Assembly (NCBI GenBank): GCA_038087875.1
Contig: JAXLNO010000051.1
Coordinates: forward strand, 558,001 to 622,000
Length of the DNA stretch: 64,000 bases
Source: Malacoraja senta
Lineage: Eukaryota
Direction of reading: 5' to 3'
Shown piece after piece: positions 47,401-62,400 of the stretch; within the stretch, counting starts at the first letter, position 1; each line of letters begins with the position of its first letter. A program made the position numbers and the translations under genes. The notes below the pieces were generated by a model. The model was not told where the DNA came from, did not search any database, and worked only from the letters and a program-made list of their open reading frames with translations.

Positions 47401-50400
47401 GATAGATGGGCCCAGCACGAAAACCCAACTGAAGCTCGAACTCAGGATTAGATGTAAAATTATATTTCATAACCTACGAACTTATCTCCAATGACGTATT
47501 ATTAGTTCATTCCAACTCTTTTTTTTCCTTGATATTTGGAATGCTTTTTTCTTTCTATCTCTCTTTTTCTATCTATATAAAAAAAACACTAGAAGCAGAA
47601 TTAATCGACAATTGACAATTTTAATAATGTATGATTGATGTATATCAAAAGTTTTCTTTTCTATTATAATATGTTACTATACTTTATAATATGTTTGCTT
47701 CTAATAAAAATATTAATCAAAAAAAAAAAATGTTGTCGCTTTTCGTGTCCTGAAATTTTGTCGCTTCATGCATCCTGAAACTTTGTCAGTTTTCGCACCT
47801 TCATTTTAAGTCGCTTTTGGCTTTTTGAATTTTCGTCGTCTTTCGCGTCCTGAAGGTTCGTCAATTTTCGCGTGCTGAATTTTCGTCTCTTTTCACATGG
47901 TGAATTTTCTTCGCTTTTAGTATGCTGAAATTTCGGCACTTTTCATGTCCTGAAATGTCATCACTTTTCATGTGCTGAATTTTCGTCGCTTTTCGCGTGC
48001 TGAATTTTCATCGCTTTTCACATTCTGAAATTTCGTTACTTTTTGTGTGCTGAAATTTTGGCGCTTTTCGTGTGCTGAAAATTCGTTGCTTTTCATGTTC
48101 TGAAATTTCGTCGCTTTATGCGTCCTGTAATTTCTATGCTTTTCGAATGCTGAATTTTCGTCGCTTTTTGTGTGCTGAAATATCGGCGCTTTTCTTTTGC
48201 TGAAATTTCATCACTTTGAACGTCAAGGAATTTCGTCACTTTTCGCGTGCTGAATTTACGTCGCTTTTCACATCCTGAAGGATCGTCGCTTTTCACGTGC
48301 TGAATTGTTTTTGCTTTTCATGTCCTGAAGGTTCGTCACTTTTCGCCTGCTGAATTTTCGTCGCTTTTCGCGACCTGAAGGTTCATCACTTTGCATGTGC
48401 CGAAATTTTGTCACTTTTCGTGTCCTGAAATTTTGTCGCTTCATGCATCCTGAACATTTGTCACTTTTCGCAACTTGAATTGACGTCGCTTTTGGCATTT
48501 TGAATTTTCGTCGCCTTTCGCGTCCTGAAGGTTCATCAATTTTCGCGATTTGAATTTTTGTCGCTTTTTGCGTCCTGAAGGTTCGTCATTTTTCGCGTGC
48601 TGAATTTTCGTCGCTTTTCGCGTCCTGCAGGTTCGTCACTTTTAATGTGCCGAAATTTTGTCGCTTTTCGTGTCCTGAAGGTTCGTCACTTTTCGCATGC
48701 TGAATTTTGTTGCTTCATTTTCATCGCTTTTTGTGTGTTTCATTTTCGTCGCTTTTTGCATCCTGAAGGTTCATCGCTTTCCGCATGCTAAATTATCGTT
48801 GCTTTTCTCATGCTGAATTTCCATCGCTTTTCACGTGCTGAATTATCGGCGCTTTTCACGTTCAGAAATATCGTCACTTTTTGCGTGGTGAATTTTCGGC
48901 GCTTTTCACAGGCTGAATTTTCGTTGCTTTTCGCGTGCTGAAATGACGTTGCCTTTCATGTCCTGAAATTTCGTCACCTTTCAAGTCCTGAAATTTCGTC
49001 GCTTTATGCGTCCTGATGTTTCATCGCATTTCGCGTCCTGAAATTTTGTCGCTATTCATGTCCTGAAATTTCTCATGTTGAATTTACATCGCTTTTGGCA
49101 TTTCGAATATCCATTGTTTTTTTGCATCGTGAAGGTTTGTCTCTTTCCGCAAGCTGAATTTTCGTTGCTTTTAGTATGCTAAAATTTCGTCACTTTTCAC
49201 GTCCTGAAATTTCGTCACTTTTCGTGTGCTGAATTTTCGTCGCTTTTCGCGTGCTGAATTTTCATCGCTTTTCACATTCTGAAATGTTGTCACTTTTTGC
49301 GTGCTGAATTTTTGTCGCTTTTCACATCCTGAAGGTTCGTCATTTTTCACGTACTGAATTGTTGTTGCTTTACGTGTCCTGAAGGTTTGTCACTTTTCAC
49401 TTGCTGAATTTACATCGCTTTTCACAGGCTGAATTTTCGTCACTTTTCAAGTGCTGAAATTTCGTCGCCTTTCATGTCCTGAAATTTCGTTGCCTTTCAT
49501 GTCCTGAAATTTCGTTGCTTTATGTGTCCTGATGTTTCATCGCTTATCGCATCCTGAAATTTTGTCACTTTTCGTGTGCTGAATTTTCGTCACTTTTCAC
49601 GTACTGAAATTTCGGCGCTTTCCGTGTGCTGAAATTGCGGCCCTTTTCATGTTCCGAAATTTCATTGCATTATGCGTCCTGTAATTTCATCGCTGTTTGC
49701 ATGCTGAATTTTCGACGCTTTTTATGTGCTGAAATCTTGGCGCTTTTCGTGTGCTGTTATTTTGTCCCTTTTCACATCCTGAAATTTAGTAACTTTTGGC
49801 ATGCTGAGTTTTCATCGCTTTTCGCGTCCTTAAGGATTGTTGCTTTTCACATCCGGAATTGTTGTCGCTTTTCGTGTCCTGAAGGTTCGTCACTTTTCGC
49901 GTGCTTTAATTTTCGTCGCTTTTCACGTCCTGAAGGTTCGTCACTTTTAGTATGCTGAAATTTTGTCGCCTATGTGTCCTGAAATGTTGTCGCTTCATGC
50001 ATCCTGAACTTTAGTTGCTTTTCGCATCTTGCATTTTCGTTGCTTTTTGCATTTTGAATTTCCGTCGCCTTTGCGTCCTGAAGGTTCGTCACTTTTCGAG
50101 TGCTGAATTTTCGTCGCCTTTCACATGGTGAATTTTCGTCGCATTTAGTATGCTGAAATTTCGGAGTTTTTCATGTCCTGAAATTTCATCACTTTTCGTG
50201 TGCTGAATTTTTGTCGCTTATCACGTGCTGAATTTTCGTCGCTTTTCACATTCTGAAATTACGTAACTTTTTGTGTGCTGAAATTTCGGCGCTTTTCTTG
50301 TGCTTAAATTCCGTCGCTTTTCATGTTATGAAATTTCGTTGCTTTATGCATCCTGTAATTTCTACGCTTTTCGCGTGCTGATATTTTGTCGCTTTTCACG

Positions 50401-53400
50401 TTCTCAAATATCATCACTTTTGGCATGCTGAATTTTCGTTGCTTTACGCATCCTGAAGCTTTGTTACTTTTCACCTGCTGAAATTACATCGCTTTTCGCG
50501 TCCTGAAGGATCGTCGCTTTTCACGTGCTGAATTGTAGTTGCTTTCCATGTCCTGGTTCGTCACTTTTCACCTGCTGAATTTTCGTCTCTTGTCGCGACC
50601 TGAAGGTTCATCACTTTGCGTATGCCGAAATTTTGTCACTTTTCGTGTCCTGAAATTTTGTCGCTTCATGCATCCTGAACTTTTGTCACTTTTCGCATCT
50701 TGAATTCGTTGCCTTTCGCGTCCTGAAATTTCGTCGCTTTAAGCATCCTCATGTTTCGTCGCTTCATGCGTCCTGATGTTAAGTCGTTTTTCGCATGCTG
50801 AATTTTCGTCGATTTATTTTGCTGAAATTTCGGCGCTTTTCGTGTGCTGAAATTTCGTCGCTTTACATGTTCTCAAATTTCGTTGCTTTATGTGTCCTGT
50901 AATTTCGACGCTTTTCGCATACTGAAATTTCGTCACTTTATGCGTCCTGATGTTTCGTCGCTCTTCGCATGCTGAATTTTCGTCGATTTTTGTGTGCTGA
51001 AATTTCGGCGCTTTCCGTGTGCTAAAATTTCATCGCTTTTCATGTTCAGAAATTTCATCGCTTTATGCATCCTGTAATTTCGTCGCTGTTCGCATGCTGA
51101 GTTTTCGTCGCTTTTCGTGTCCTTAAGGATTGTCGCTTTCCACAACCTGAATTTTTGTTGCTGTTCGTGTCCTGAAGGTTCATCACTTTTCGCGTGCTGA
51201 ATTTTCGTCACTTTTCGCGTCCTGAAGGTTCATCACTTTTCGTGTGCCGAAATTTTGTCTCTTTTGTGTCCTGAAATGTTGTCACTTCATGCATCCAGAA
51301 CTTTTTTTGCATTTCACATCTTGAATTTACTTCGCTTTTGGCATTTTGAATTTTCGTCGCCTTCCGCGTCCTGAAATTTCGTCATTTTTCATGTGCTGAA
51401 TTTTCGTCGCTTTTCGTGTGCTGAAATTTCATCGCTTTTCACGTTCTGAAATTTCGTCGCTTTATGCGTCCTGATGTTTCATCGCGTTTTGCATGCTGAA
51501 GTTTCGTCGCTTTTTTGTGCTGAAATTTTGGCGCTCTTCGTGTGCTGAAATTTCGTTGCTTTTCATTTTCTAAAATTTCATAGCTTTATGCGTCCTGTAA
51601 TTTCGTCGCTTTTCGCATGCTGAATTTTCGTCTATTTTGTGTGCTGAAATTTCGGCACTTTTCGTGTTCTGATATTTCATTGCTTTTCACGATCCGAAAT
51701 TTCGTCATTTTAAGCGTGGTGAATGTTTGTCGCTTTTCGCGTGCTGAATTTTCATCGCTTTTCACAGGCTGAATTTTCATCGCCTTTCATGTCCTGAAAT
51801 GTTGTCGCCTTTTTGCATGCTGAATTTCCGTCGTTTTTTGCGTGCTTCATTTTCATTGCTTTTCGCGTCTTGAAGGTTCGTCACTTTTTGCATGCTAAAT
51901 ATTTATCGCTTTTCGCATGCTGAAATTTCGTCGCCTTTCATGTCCTGAAATTTTGTCGCCTTTCACGTCCTGAAATTTCATACACTTTATTTGTCTAGAT
52001 ATTATGTCGCTATTCATGTGCTGAATTTTTGTTGCTTTTTGCATGCTGAATTTTCATCGCTTTTCGCGTGCAAAATTTTCATCACTTTTTACGTTCTGAA
52101 ATTTCGTCGCTTTGTGCGTCCTGTAATTTCGTCACTTTTCGCATGCTGAATTTTCGTCGTTTTCGTGTGCTGATATTTCGTCGCTTTACATGTCTTGAAA
52201 TTTCGTGGATTTTGGTGTGCTGAATTTCCGTCGGTTTTCACGTCCTGATGTATCGTCGCTTTTTACATCCTGAAGTATCGTCGCTTTTCGCGTGCTGAAT
52301 TTTCGTCGCCTTATTCGTCGTGATATTACGTCGCATTTCGAGTGCTGAATTTTTGTCGCTTTTTGAATGCTAAATTTTCATCGCTTTTTGCATGCTTCAT
52401 TTTCATCGCTTTTCGTGTCTTGAAGGTTCGTTGCTTTTTGCATACTGAATTTTTGTCATTTCTGCATGCTGAATTTTCGTCGCTTTTCACGGTCTGAAAT
52501 TTAGTCACTTTTCGTGTGCGGAATTTCCGTCGCGTTTTGCCTCCTGAAGGTTTGTCGCTTTATGCATGCTGAATTTTTGTCACTTTAAGATTGCTGAATT
52601 TTCATTGGTTTTAACGTCCTGAAGGATTCTCTCTTTTCGAGTGCTGAATTTTCGTCGCTTTTTGCATGCTGAATTTCTGTCGCTTTTCGTGTGCTGAAAT
52701 TTCGCCGCTTTTCACGTTTTGAAATTTCGTCGCTTTAGCATCCTGATGTTTCATCGCTTTATTCGTCCTGATGTTTCGTCGCTTTTCGCATGCTGAATTA
52801 TCATCGCTTTTCGCATCCTGATGGTTCGTAACTTTTCACGTGCTGAATTTTCAGCTCGTTTCACAGGCTGAATTTTCGTTGCTTTGCGTCCTGAAATTTC
52901 ATCGCATTATTCGTCTTGATATTACATCGCTTTTCGTGTGCTGAATTTTTTAATCGTTTTTTGCATGCTGTATTTTCGTCGCTTTTTGCGTACTTCATTT
53001 TCATCGCTTTTCAGGTCTTGAAGGTTGGTCGCTTTTCGCATGCTGAATTTTCGTCGCTTTTCATGTGCTGAAATTTCGTCGCCTTTCATGTCCTGAAATT
53101 TCGTCTCCTTTCACGTCCTGAAATTTTGTCAGTTTATTCGTCCTGATATTATGTCGCTTTTCGCGTGCTGAATTTCTGTCGCTTTTTGCATGCTGAATTT
53201 TCATTGCTTTTCGCGTGTAAAATTTTCGTCACTTTTCACATTATGAAATTTAGTCACTTTTCTCTTGCGGAATTTCCATCGCTTTTCGCGTCCTGAAGGT
53301 TTGTCGCTTATTGCGTGCTGAATGTTCGTCACTTTACACCTGCTGAATTTTCGTTGGTTTTAACGTCCTGAAGGTTCCTCTCTTTTCACGTGCTGAATTT

Positions 53401-56400
53401 TCGTCGCTTTTTGCATGCTGAATTTTTATGTGCTGAAATTTCGTCGCTTTTCATGTTCTGAAATTTCGTCGCATATGCGTCCTGTAATTTTGTCGCTTTT
53501 TGCATGCTGAATTTTCGTCGCTTTTTGTGTGCTGAGATTTCGGACCTTTTCATGTGCTGATATTTCATCGCCTTTCTCGTCCTGAAATTTCGTCAATTTT
53601 AGCGTGCTACATTTTCGTCGCTTTTCGCATGGTGACTTTTCGTCACTTTTAGTATGCTGAAATTTCGGCGCTTTTCATGTCCTGAAATTTCATCACTTTT
53701 CGCGTGCTAAATTTTCGTCACTTTTTGCGTGCTTAATTTTCATCGCTTTTCACATTCTGAAATGTCGTCATTTTTTGAGTGCTGAATTGTCGTCGCTTGT
53801 CGCATGGTGACTTTTCGTCTCCTGTAGTATGCTGTAATTTCGTCGCTTTATTCATCCTAATATTACGTCGCAATTTCAGCACATGAAAGGCGATGAAAAT
53901 TCGGCCTGTGAAAAGTGATGAAAATTCAGCACGTGAAAAGTGACGAACCTTCAGGACGCGAAAACCGACGATAATTCAGCACGTGAAAAGTGCCGAAAAT
54001 TCAGCCCGCTTACAGCAACGAACATTCAGCACGTGAAAAATGACGACATTTCAGAACTTGAAAAGCGCCGAAATTTCAGCGCACAAAAAGAAACGAAAAT
54101 TCAGTATGCAAAAAGCGACGAAATAACAGGTCGCACAAAGCGACGAAATTTCAGAACATGAAAAGCAACGAATTTCAGCTCATTAAGAGCACCGAAATTT
54201 CAGCACACAAAAAGTGACAAAAATTCAGCATGCGAAAAGCGACGAAACATCAGGATGCGAAAGGCAACGAAAATTCAAAATGCCAAAAGCAATGAAAATT
54301 CTGCATGTGAAAAGTGACGAACCTTCAGGCCACGAAGAGCGACAACAATTCAGCACCTTAAAAGCTATGAAAATTCAGCACGCGAAAATGACGAACCTTC
54401 AGGACGCGAATAGCGACGAACATTCAGCACGCGAAAATGATAAAATTTCAGAACGTGAAATGCGACAAAATATCAGCAGACGAACAGCTCCGAAATTTCA
54501 GCACACAAAAAGCGACGGAAATTCACTATGCAAAAAGCAAAAAAATTACAGGACGCATAAAGCGACGAAATTTCAGAACATGAAAAGCAACGAAATTTCA
54601 GCATGCGAAAAGTGACAAACCTTCAGGACGCGAAAAGTGACGGAAATTCCGCACGCGAAAAGTGACGAAATTTCAGAACATGAAAAGCGACGAAAAGTTG
54701 GCACACGAAAAGCAACGAAAATTCAGCATGCGAAAAGTGACGAAAATTCAGCATGCGAAAAGCGACGAACCTTCAAGACACGAAAAGCGATGAAAATGAA
54801 ACGCAAAAAGCGACGAAAATTCAGCATGCATAAAGCAACAAAAATTCAGTACATGAAAAGCGATGAAACATCAGGAGGCAAAAAGCGACGAAATTTCAGG
54901 ATGTGAAAGATGACGAAATTTCAGGACATGAAAGGCGACGAAATTTCAGCCACGAAAAGCGACGAAAATACAGCACTCGAAAAGTGACGATATACAGGAT
55001 GTGAAAAGCGACGAAATTTCAGCATTCGAAAAGCGACGAAAATTCAGCTCGCGAAAAGTGACGAACCTTCAGGACGCGAAGGTTCGTCACTTTTCATGTG
55101 CTGATATTTCTTCGCCTTTCACGTCCTGAAATTTCGTCAATTTTGGCGTGCTGCATTTTCGTCGCTTTTCGCTTGTTGAATTTTCGTGGCTTTTAGTATG
55201 CTGAAATTTCGGCGCTTTTCATATCCTGAAATGTCATCACTTTTCGCGTGCAAAATTTTCGTCACTTTTTGCGTGCTTAATTTTCATCGCTTCTCACATT
55301 ATGAAATTTCGTCATTTTTTGAGTGCTGAATTGTCGTCGCTTTTCGCATGGTGACTTTTCGTCGCCTTTAGTATGCTGTAATTTTGTCGCTTTATTCATC
55401 CTAATATTACGTCGCTTTTTGCGTGCTGAATGTTTGTCGCTTTTTGCATGCTGAATTTTTGTCGCTTTTTGCATGCTGAATTTTCTTCGCTTTTTGCGTG
55501 CTTCATTTTCATTGCTTTTCACATCGATGGTTCGTCGCTTTTTGCATGCTGAATTTTTGTCGCTTTTCGCGTGCTGAAATGTCATCGCTTTTCGCGTGCT
55601 GAAATTTCGTCGCCTATCATGTCCTGAAATTTCGTCACCTTTCGCGTCCTGAAATTTCGTCACTTTATTCTTCCTGATATTACGTCGCTTTTCGCATGCT
55701 GAATTTTTGTCACTTTTTGCATGCTTCATTTTCATCGTTATTCGTGTCTTGAAGGTTCGTCGCCTTTCGCATGCTGAATTTTCGTCGGTTTACACATTCA
55801 GAATTTTCATCGCTTTTCACGTCCTAAATTTTCTTCGCTTATTACGTTCTGAAATTTAGTCACTTTTATTCGTCGTGATTTTACGCTTTATTCGTCCTGA
55901 TATTACGTCACTTTACAGGTGCTGAATTTTCATTGAATTTAACGTCCTGGTTCCTCTGTTTTATGCGTGCTGAATTTTCGTTCCTTTTCGCATGCTGAAT
56001 TTCCGTTGCTTTTCGTGTGCTGAACGTGAAAAGTGCCGAAAATTCAGCGCACAAAAAGCAACGAAAATTCAGTATGCGAAAAGCGACGAAATAACAGGAC
56101 GCACAAAGCGACGAAATTTCAGAACATGAAAAGCAACGAATTTCAGCTCATTAAGAGCACCGAAATTTCAGCACACAAAAAGTGACAAAAATTCAGCATG
56201 CGAAAAGCGACGAAACATCAGGACGCATAAAGCAACAAAATTTCAGAACGTGAAAAGCGACGAAATTTAAGCACATGAAAAGCGACGAAAATTCTCCACA
56301 GGAAAAGTGACGAAATTCCAGGACGTGAAAAGCGATGAAACTTCAGCATACTAAAAGCGATGAAAATTCACCATGCGAAAAGCAACGAAAATTCAGCACG

Positions 56401-59400
56401 CAAAAATTGACAAACTTGCAGGATGTGAAAGGCAACGAAAATTCAAAATGCCAAAAGCGACGAAATTTCTGCACGTGAAAAGTGACGAACCTTCAGGCCA
56501 TGAAGAGCGACAACAATTCAGCACTTGAAAAGCTACGAAAATTCAGCACGCAAAAATGACGAACCTTCAGGACGCGAATAGCGACGAACATTCAGCACGC
56601 GAAAATGACAAAATTTCAGAATGTGAAACGCGATAAAATATCAGCAAACGAACAGCTCCGAAATTTCAGCACACAAAAAGCGACGAAAATTCACTATGCA
56701 AAAAGCGAAAAAATTACAGGACGCATAAAGCGACGAAATTTCAGAACATGAAATGCAACGACATTTCAGCATGCGAAAAGTGACAAACCTTCAGGACGCG
56801 AAAAGTGATGGAAATTCCACACGTGAAAAGTGACGAAATTTCAGAACGTGAAAAGCGACGAAAAGTTGGCACACGAAAAGCGACGAAAATTCAGCATGTG
56901 AAAAGTGACGAAAATTCAGCATGCGAAAAGCGACGAACCTTCAAGACACGAAAAGCAATGAAAATCAAGCATGCAAAAAGCGATGAAAATTCAGCATGCA
57001 TAAAGCAACAAAAATTCAGTACATGAAAAGCGATGAAACATCAGGACGCAAAAAGCAACGAAATTTCATGATGTGAAAGATGACGAAATTTCAGGACATG
57101 AAAGGCGACGAAATTTCAGCACACGAAAAGCGACGAAAATTCAGCTCGCGAAAAGTGACGAACCTTCAGGACGCGATAAGTGACGAAAATTCGAAATGCT
57201 AAAGGCGTCAAAATTTCACGACACGAAAAGTGACAAAATTTTGGCACACGAAAAGTGACGAATCTTCAGGACGCGAAAACCGACGATAATTCAGCACGTG
57301 AAAAGTGCCGAAAATTCAGCCCGCTTACAGCGACGAACATTCAGCACACGAAAAATGACGACATTTCAGAACTTGAAAAGCGTCGAAATTTCAGCGCACA
57401 AAAAGCAACAAAAATTCAGTATGTGAAAAACGACGAAATAACAGGATGCACAAAGCGACGAAATTTCAGAACATGAAAAGCAACGAATTTCAGCACATTA
57501 AGAGCTCCGAAATTTCAGCACACAAAAAGTGATGAAAATTCAGCATGCGAAAAGCGACGAACCTTCAAGACACGAAAAGCGATGAAGTGACAAAATTTTG
57601 GCACACGAAAAGTGACGAATCTTCAGGACGCGAAAAGCGATGATAATTCAGCACACAAACAGTGACAAACCTTCAGGACACGAAAAGCGACAACAATTCA
57701 GCATGTGAAAAGTGATGATACTTCAGGACGCGAAAAGCGACAAAAATTCAGCATGCCCAAAGTGACTACATTTCAGGGCGTGAAAAGCGACAAAACTTCA
57801 GCACACAAAAAGCGGACGAAAATTCACCATGTGAAAAGCGACGAAAATTCAGCACACAAAAAGTGACGAAACTTCAGGACATGAAAAGCGATGAAATTAC
57901 AACATCCTAAAGCAACGAAAATTCACCATGTGAAAAGTGACAAAATTTCATCACACGGAAAGTGACGAACATTCAGGACACGAAGAGCAACAACAATTCA
58001 GCACGTGAAAAGCAATGAACCATCAGGACATGAAAAGCAACGAAAATTCAGCACGCAAAAAGTGATGTAATTGCAGAACATGAAATGCGATGAAAATTAA
58101 GCTCGCGAAAATCGACGAAAATTCAACAGGCGAAAAGTGACGAAATTTCAGGATGTGAAAAGCGACGAAATTTCAGCATACAAAAAGCGACGAAAATTCA
58201 CCATCCGAAAAGCGACGGAAACTCAGCACGTGAAAAGTGATGAACCTTCAGGACACGAAAAGCGACGAAAATTCAGCACGCCAAAAGTGACGAAATTTCA
58301 GGACGTGAAAAGCAACGAAATTTCAGCACGTGAAAGGCGACGAAATTTCAGGACATGAAAGGCGACAAAATTTCAGCACACGTAATGCGAGAAAAATTCA
58401 GCACGCGGAAACCGACAAACCTTCAAGACATGAAAAGCGATGAAAATGTAGCACGCAAAAAGGGACGAAAATTCAGCATGCAAAAAGGCGACGAAATTTC
58501 AGGACATGAAAGGCGACGAAAATACAGCCTGTGAAAAGCGATGAAAATTTAGCACGCGAAAAGCGACGAACATTCAGCTCGTGTAAAATGATGACATTTC
58601 GGAACATGAAAAGTGGCAAAATATCAGCACACGAAAAGCGCCAAAATTTCAGCACACAAAAAGCGACGAAAATTCGGCATGCGAAAAGCGACGAAATTTC
58701 AGGACACAAAAGCGACATAATTTCGGCACACAAAAGGTGACGAACTTTCAGGATGCTAAAAGAGACGAAAATTCAACACGCGAAGAGCGACGAAACATCA
58801 GGACGCATGAAGCGACGAAATTTCAGAACATGAAAGGTGACGAACCTTCAGGACATGAAAAGCGTCAAAATTTCAGCAGGTGCAAAGTGACGAACCTTCA
58901 GGACATGAAAAGCTACAAAAATTCAGCACGCAAAAAGGGACGAAATTTCAGAACGTGAAAAGCGATGAAATTTCAGCCTACTAAAAGTGACGAAAATTCA
59001 GCTCGCGAAAAGTGAAGAACCTTCAGGACGCGAAAAGCGACGAAAATTCAGCAGCCGAAAAGTGACAACCCTTCAGGACATGAAAAGTGACAACAATTCA
59101 GCATGTGAAAAGCGACAATCCTTCAGGACGCGAAAAGCGACGAAAATTTAGCACGCCAAAAGTGTGTACATTTCAGGACGTGAAATGCGAAAAAATATCA
59201 GCACACGAAAAGCGCAGAAATTTCAGCACACAAAAAGCGACGAAAATTCGGCATGCGAAAAGCGACGAAATTACAGGACGCATAAAGTGACGAAATTTCA
59301 GAACATGTAAAGCGACGAAATTTCAGCACACGAAAAGCGCCAAAATGTGAGCACACAAAAATCGACAAAAATTCAGCATGCGAAAAGCGACGGAACATCA

Positions 59401-62400
59401 GGACACATAAAGCGATGAAATTTCAGGATGCGAAAAGCGATGAAACATCAGGACGCAAAAAGCGACGAAATTTCAGGATGTGAAAGGCAACGAAATTTCA
59501 GGACAAGAAAGGCGACGAAATTTCAGCATGTGAAAAGTGACGAAAATTCAGCCTGTGAAAAGCGATGAAAATTCAGCAAGTGAAAAGTGCCGAACCTTCA
59601 GGACACGAAAAGCGAGAACAATTCAGCATGTGAAAAGTGACAAAAGTTCAGAATGTGAACAGCGATGGAAATTCAGCACGCGAAAAGCAACGAAAATTCA
59701 GCACACGAAAAGTGACGACATTTCAGGACGAGAAAAGCGACGACATTTCAGCATACTAAAAGCAACGAAAATTCAGCTCGCGAAAAGAGTCGAACCTTCA
59801 GGATGCAAAAATACGACGAAAATTCGAAATGCCAAAAGCGATGTAAATTCAGGATGCGAAAAGCGAGAAAATTTCAGAACACGAAAAGCGACAAAATTTC
59901 AGAACGCGGAATGCGATGAAACATTAGGACGCATAAAGCGACGAAATTTCAGGACATGAAAAGCGACGAAAATTCAGCCAGTGAAAAGCAATGAAAATTG
60001 ACCACGCGAAAAGTGACGATATTTCATAACAGGAAAAACAACAAAAACATCACGCGAAAAGCGATGAAAATTCAGCATGAGAAAAGCGACGAAAATTCAG
60101 CATGCGAAAAGTGACGAAATTTCAGGACACGAAAGGCGACAAAATTTGGGCACATTAAAAGTGCCAAAATTTCGGCACACGCAAAGTGACGAACCTTCAG
60201 GACGCGAAAGCAACAACAATTCAACACGTGAAAAGCGGCGATCCTTCAGGACGTGAAAAGCGTCGAAAATTCATAACGCAAAAAGTGACGAAATTTCGGG
60301 ACGTGAAAAGCGATAAATTTCAGCACACGAAAAGCACCGAAATTTCAGCACAAAAAGCGACGAAAAATCAGCACACGAATAGTGATGAAATTTCAGGACG
60401 TGAAAAGCGACGAAATTTCTGCATAGTAAAAGCGACGAAAATTCACCATGTGAAAAGCGACAAAAATACAGCACGCGAAAATTGACGAACCTTCAGGATG
60501 CGAAAGGCAACGAAAATTCAAAATGACAAAAGCCACGTAAATTGAAGGTGCGAAACCGGACAAAGGTTCAGGATGCATGAAGCGACAAAATTTCAGAACA
60601 TGAAAAGCGATCAATTTTCAGCACACGAAATGCGCCGAAATTTCAGCACACAAAAATCGTCGAAAATTCAGCATGCGAAAAGCGGCGAAACATGAGGACG
60701 CATAAAGCAACGAAATTTCAGGACGCGAAATCTATGAAACATCAGGACGCATAAAGCGACAAAATTTCAGGACGTGAAAGGCAAAGAAATTTCAGGACAT
60801 GAAAGGCGACGAAATTTCAGCACGCGAAAGCGACGAAAATTCAGCCTGTGAAAAGCGATGAAAATTCAGCACGCGAAAAGTGACGAAAATTCAGGACACA
60901 TAATGCGACGAAAATTCAGCACACGAAAAATGACGAGCCTTCAGGACGCAAAAAGCGACAAAAATTCAGCACATGAAAATTGATGAGCCTTCAGGACGAG
61001 AAAGGCGATGAAAATTAAAAATACCAAAAGCGACGTAAATTCAAGATGCGAAAAGTGACAAAAGTTCAGGATGCATGAAGCGTCAAAATTTCAGGACACG
61101 AAAAGTGACAAAATTTCAGCACACGCAAAGTGATGAACCTTCAGGTCGCGAAAAGCGACGGAAATGCAGCAGGCGAAAAGTGACGAACCTTCAGGACATG
61201 AAAAGCAACAACAATTCAGCACGTGAAAAGTGGCGAAATTTCTGAACGTGAAAAGCGACGAAATTTCAGCACACAAAAAAGCGCCAAGATTTCAGCACAC
61301 AAAAAGCGACGAAAATTCAGCATGCAAAAATCATCGAAATTACAGGACGCATAAAGCGACGAAATTTCAGAACATGAAAAGCGACGAAATTTCAGAACGT
61401 GAAAAGCGCCGAAAATTCAGCACGCGGAAATTGACAAACCTTCAGGATGCGAAAGGTGACTAGAATTCAAAATGCTAAAAGCGACATAAATTGAAGGTGC
61501 GAAAACGGACAAAGGTTAAGGATGCATGAAGCGACAAAATTTCAGGACACGAAAAGCGACAAAATTTCGGCACACGCAAAGTGACGAACCTTCAGGACGC
61601 GAAAGCGGCAAAAATTCAGTAGGCGAAAATTGAACCATCAGGACACGAAAAGCAACAACAATTCAACACGTGAAAAGCGGCGATCCTTCAGGACGCGAAA
61701 AGCGTCGAAAATTCAGAACGCAAAGAGTGACGAAATTTCGGGACGTGAAAAGCGATAAATTTCAGCACACGAAAAGCACCGAAATTTCAGCACAAAAAGC
61801 AACGAAAATTCAGCACACGAATAGTGATGAAATTTCAGGACGTGAAAAGCGACGAAATTTCTGCATAGTAAAAGCGACGAAAATTCACCATGTGAAAAGC
61901 GACAAAAATTCAGTAGGCGAAAAGTGACGAACCTCAGGACACGAAAAGAAACAACAATTCAGCACGTGAAAAGCGCCGAAAATTAAGCATGCGAAACGTG
62001 ACGAAAATTCACCACGCGAAATGCAACGAAATTTCAGAACCTGAAAAGCGCCGAAAATTCATCATGGCAAAGCGACGGCGACGAAAGTTCAGCATGGGAA
62101 AAGCGACGAAATTACAGGACGCATAAAGCGTCGAAATTTCAGCACACCAAAAGTGACTAAATTTCAGGATGTGAAAAACGACAAAATAACAGCACACGAA
62201 AAGCGCCGAAAATTCAGCACACAAAAAGCGACGAAAATTCAGCATTCGAAAAGCGACGAAACATCAGGACGCAAAAAGCGACGAAATTTCAGGATGCGAA
62301 AAGCGATGAAACATCAGGACGCATAAAGCAATTAAATTTCAGGACTTGGAAGGCGACGAAATTTCAGGACATGAAAAGGCGACGAAATTTCAGCACCGCG

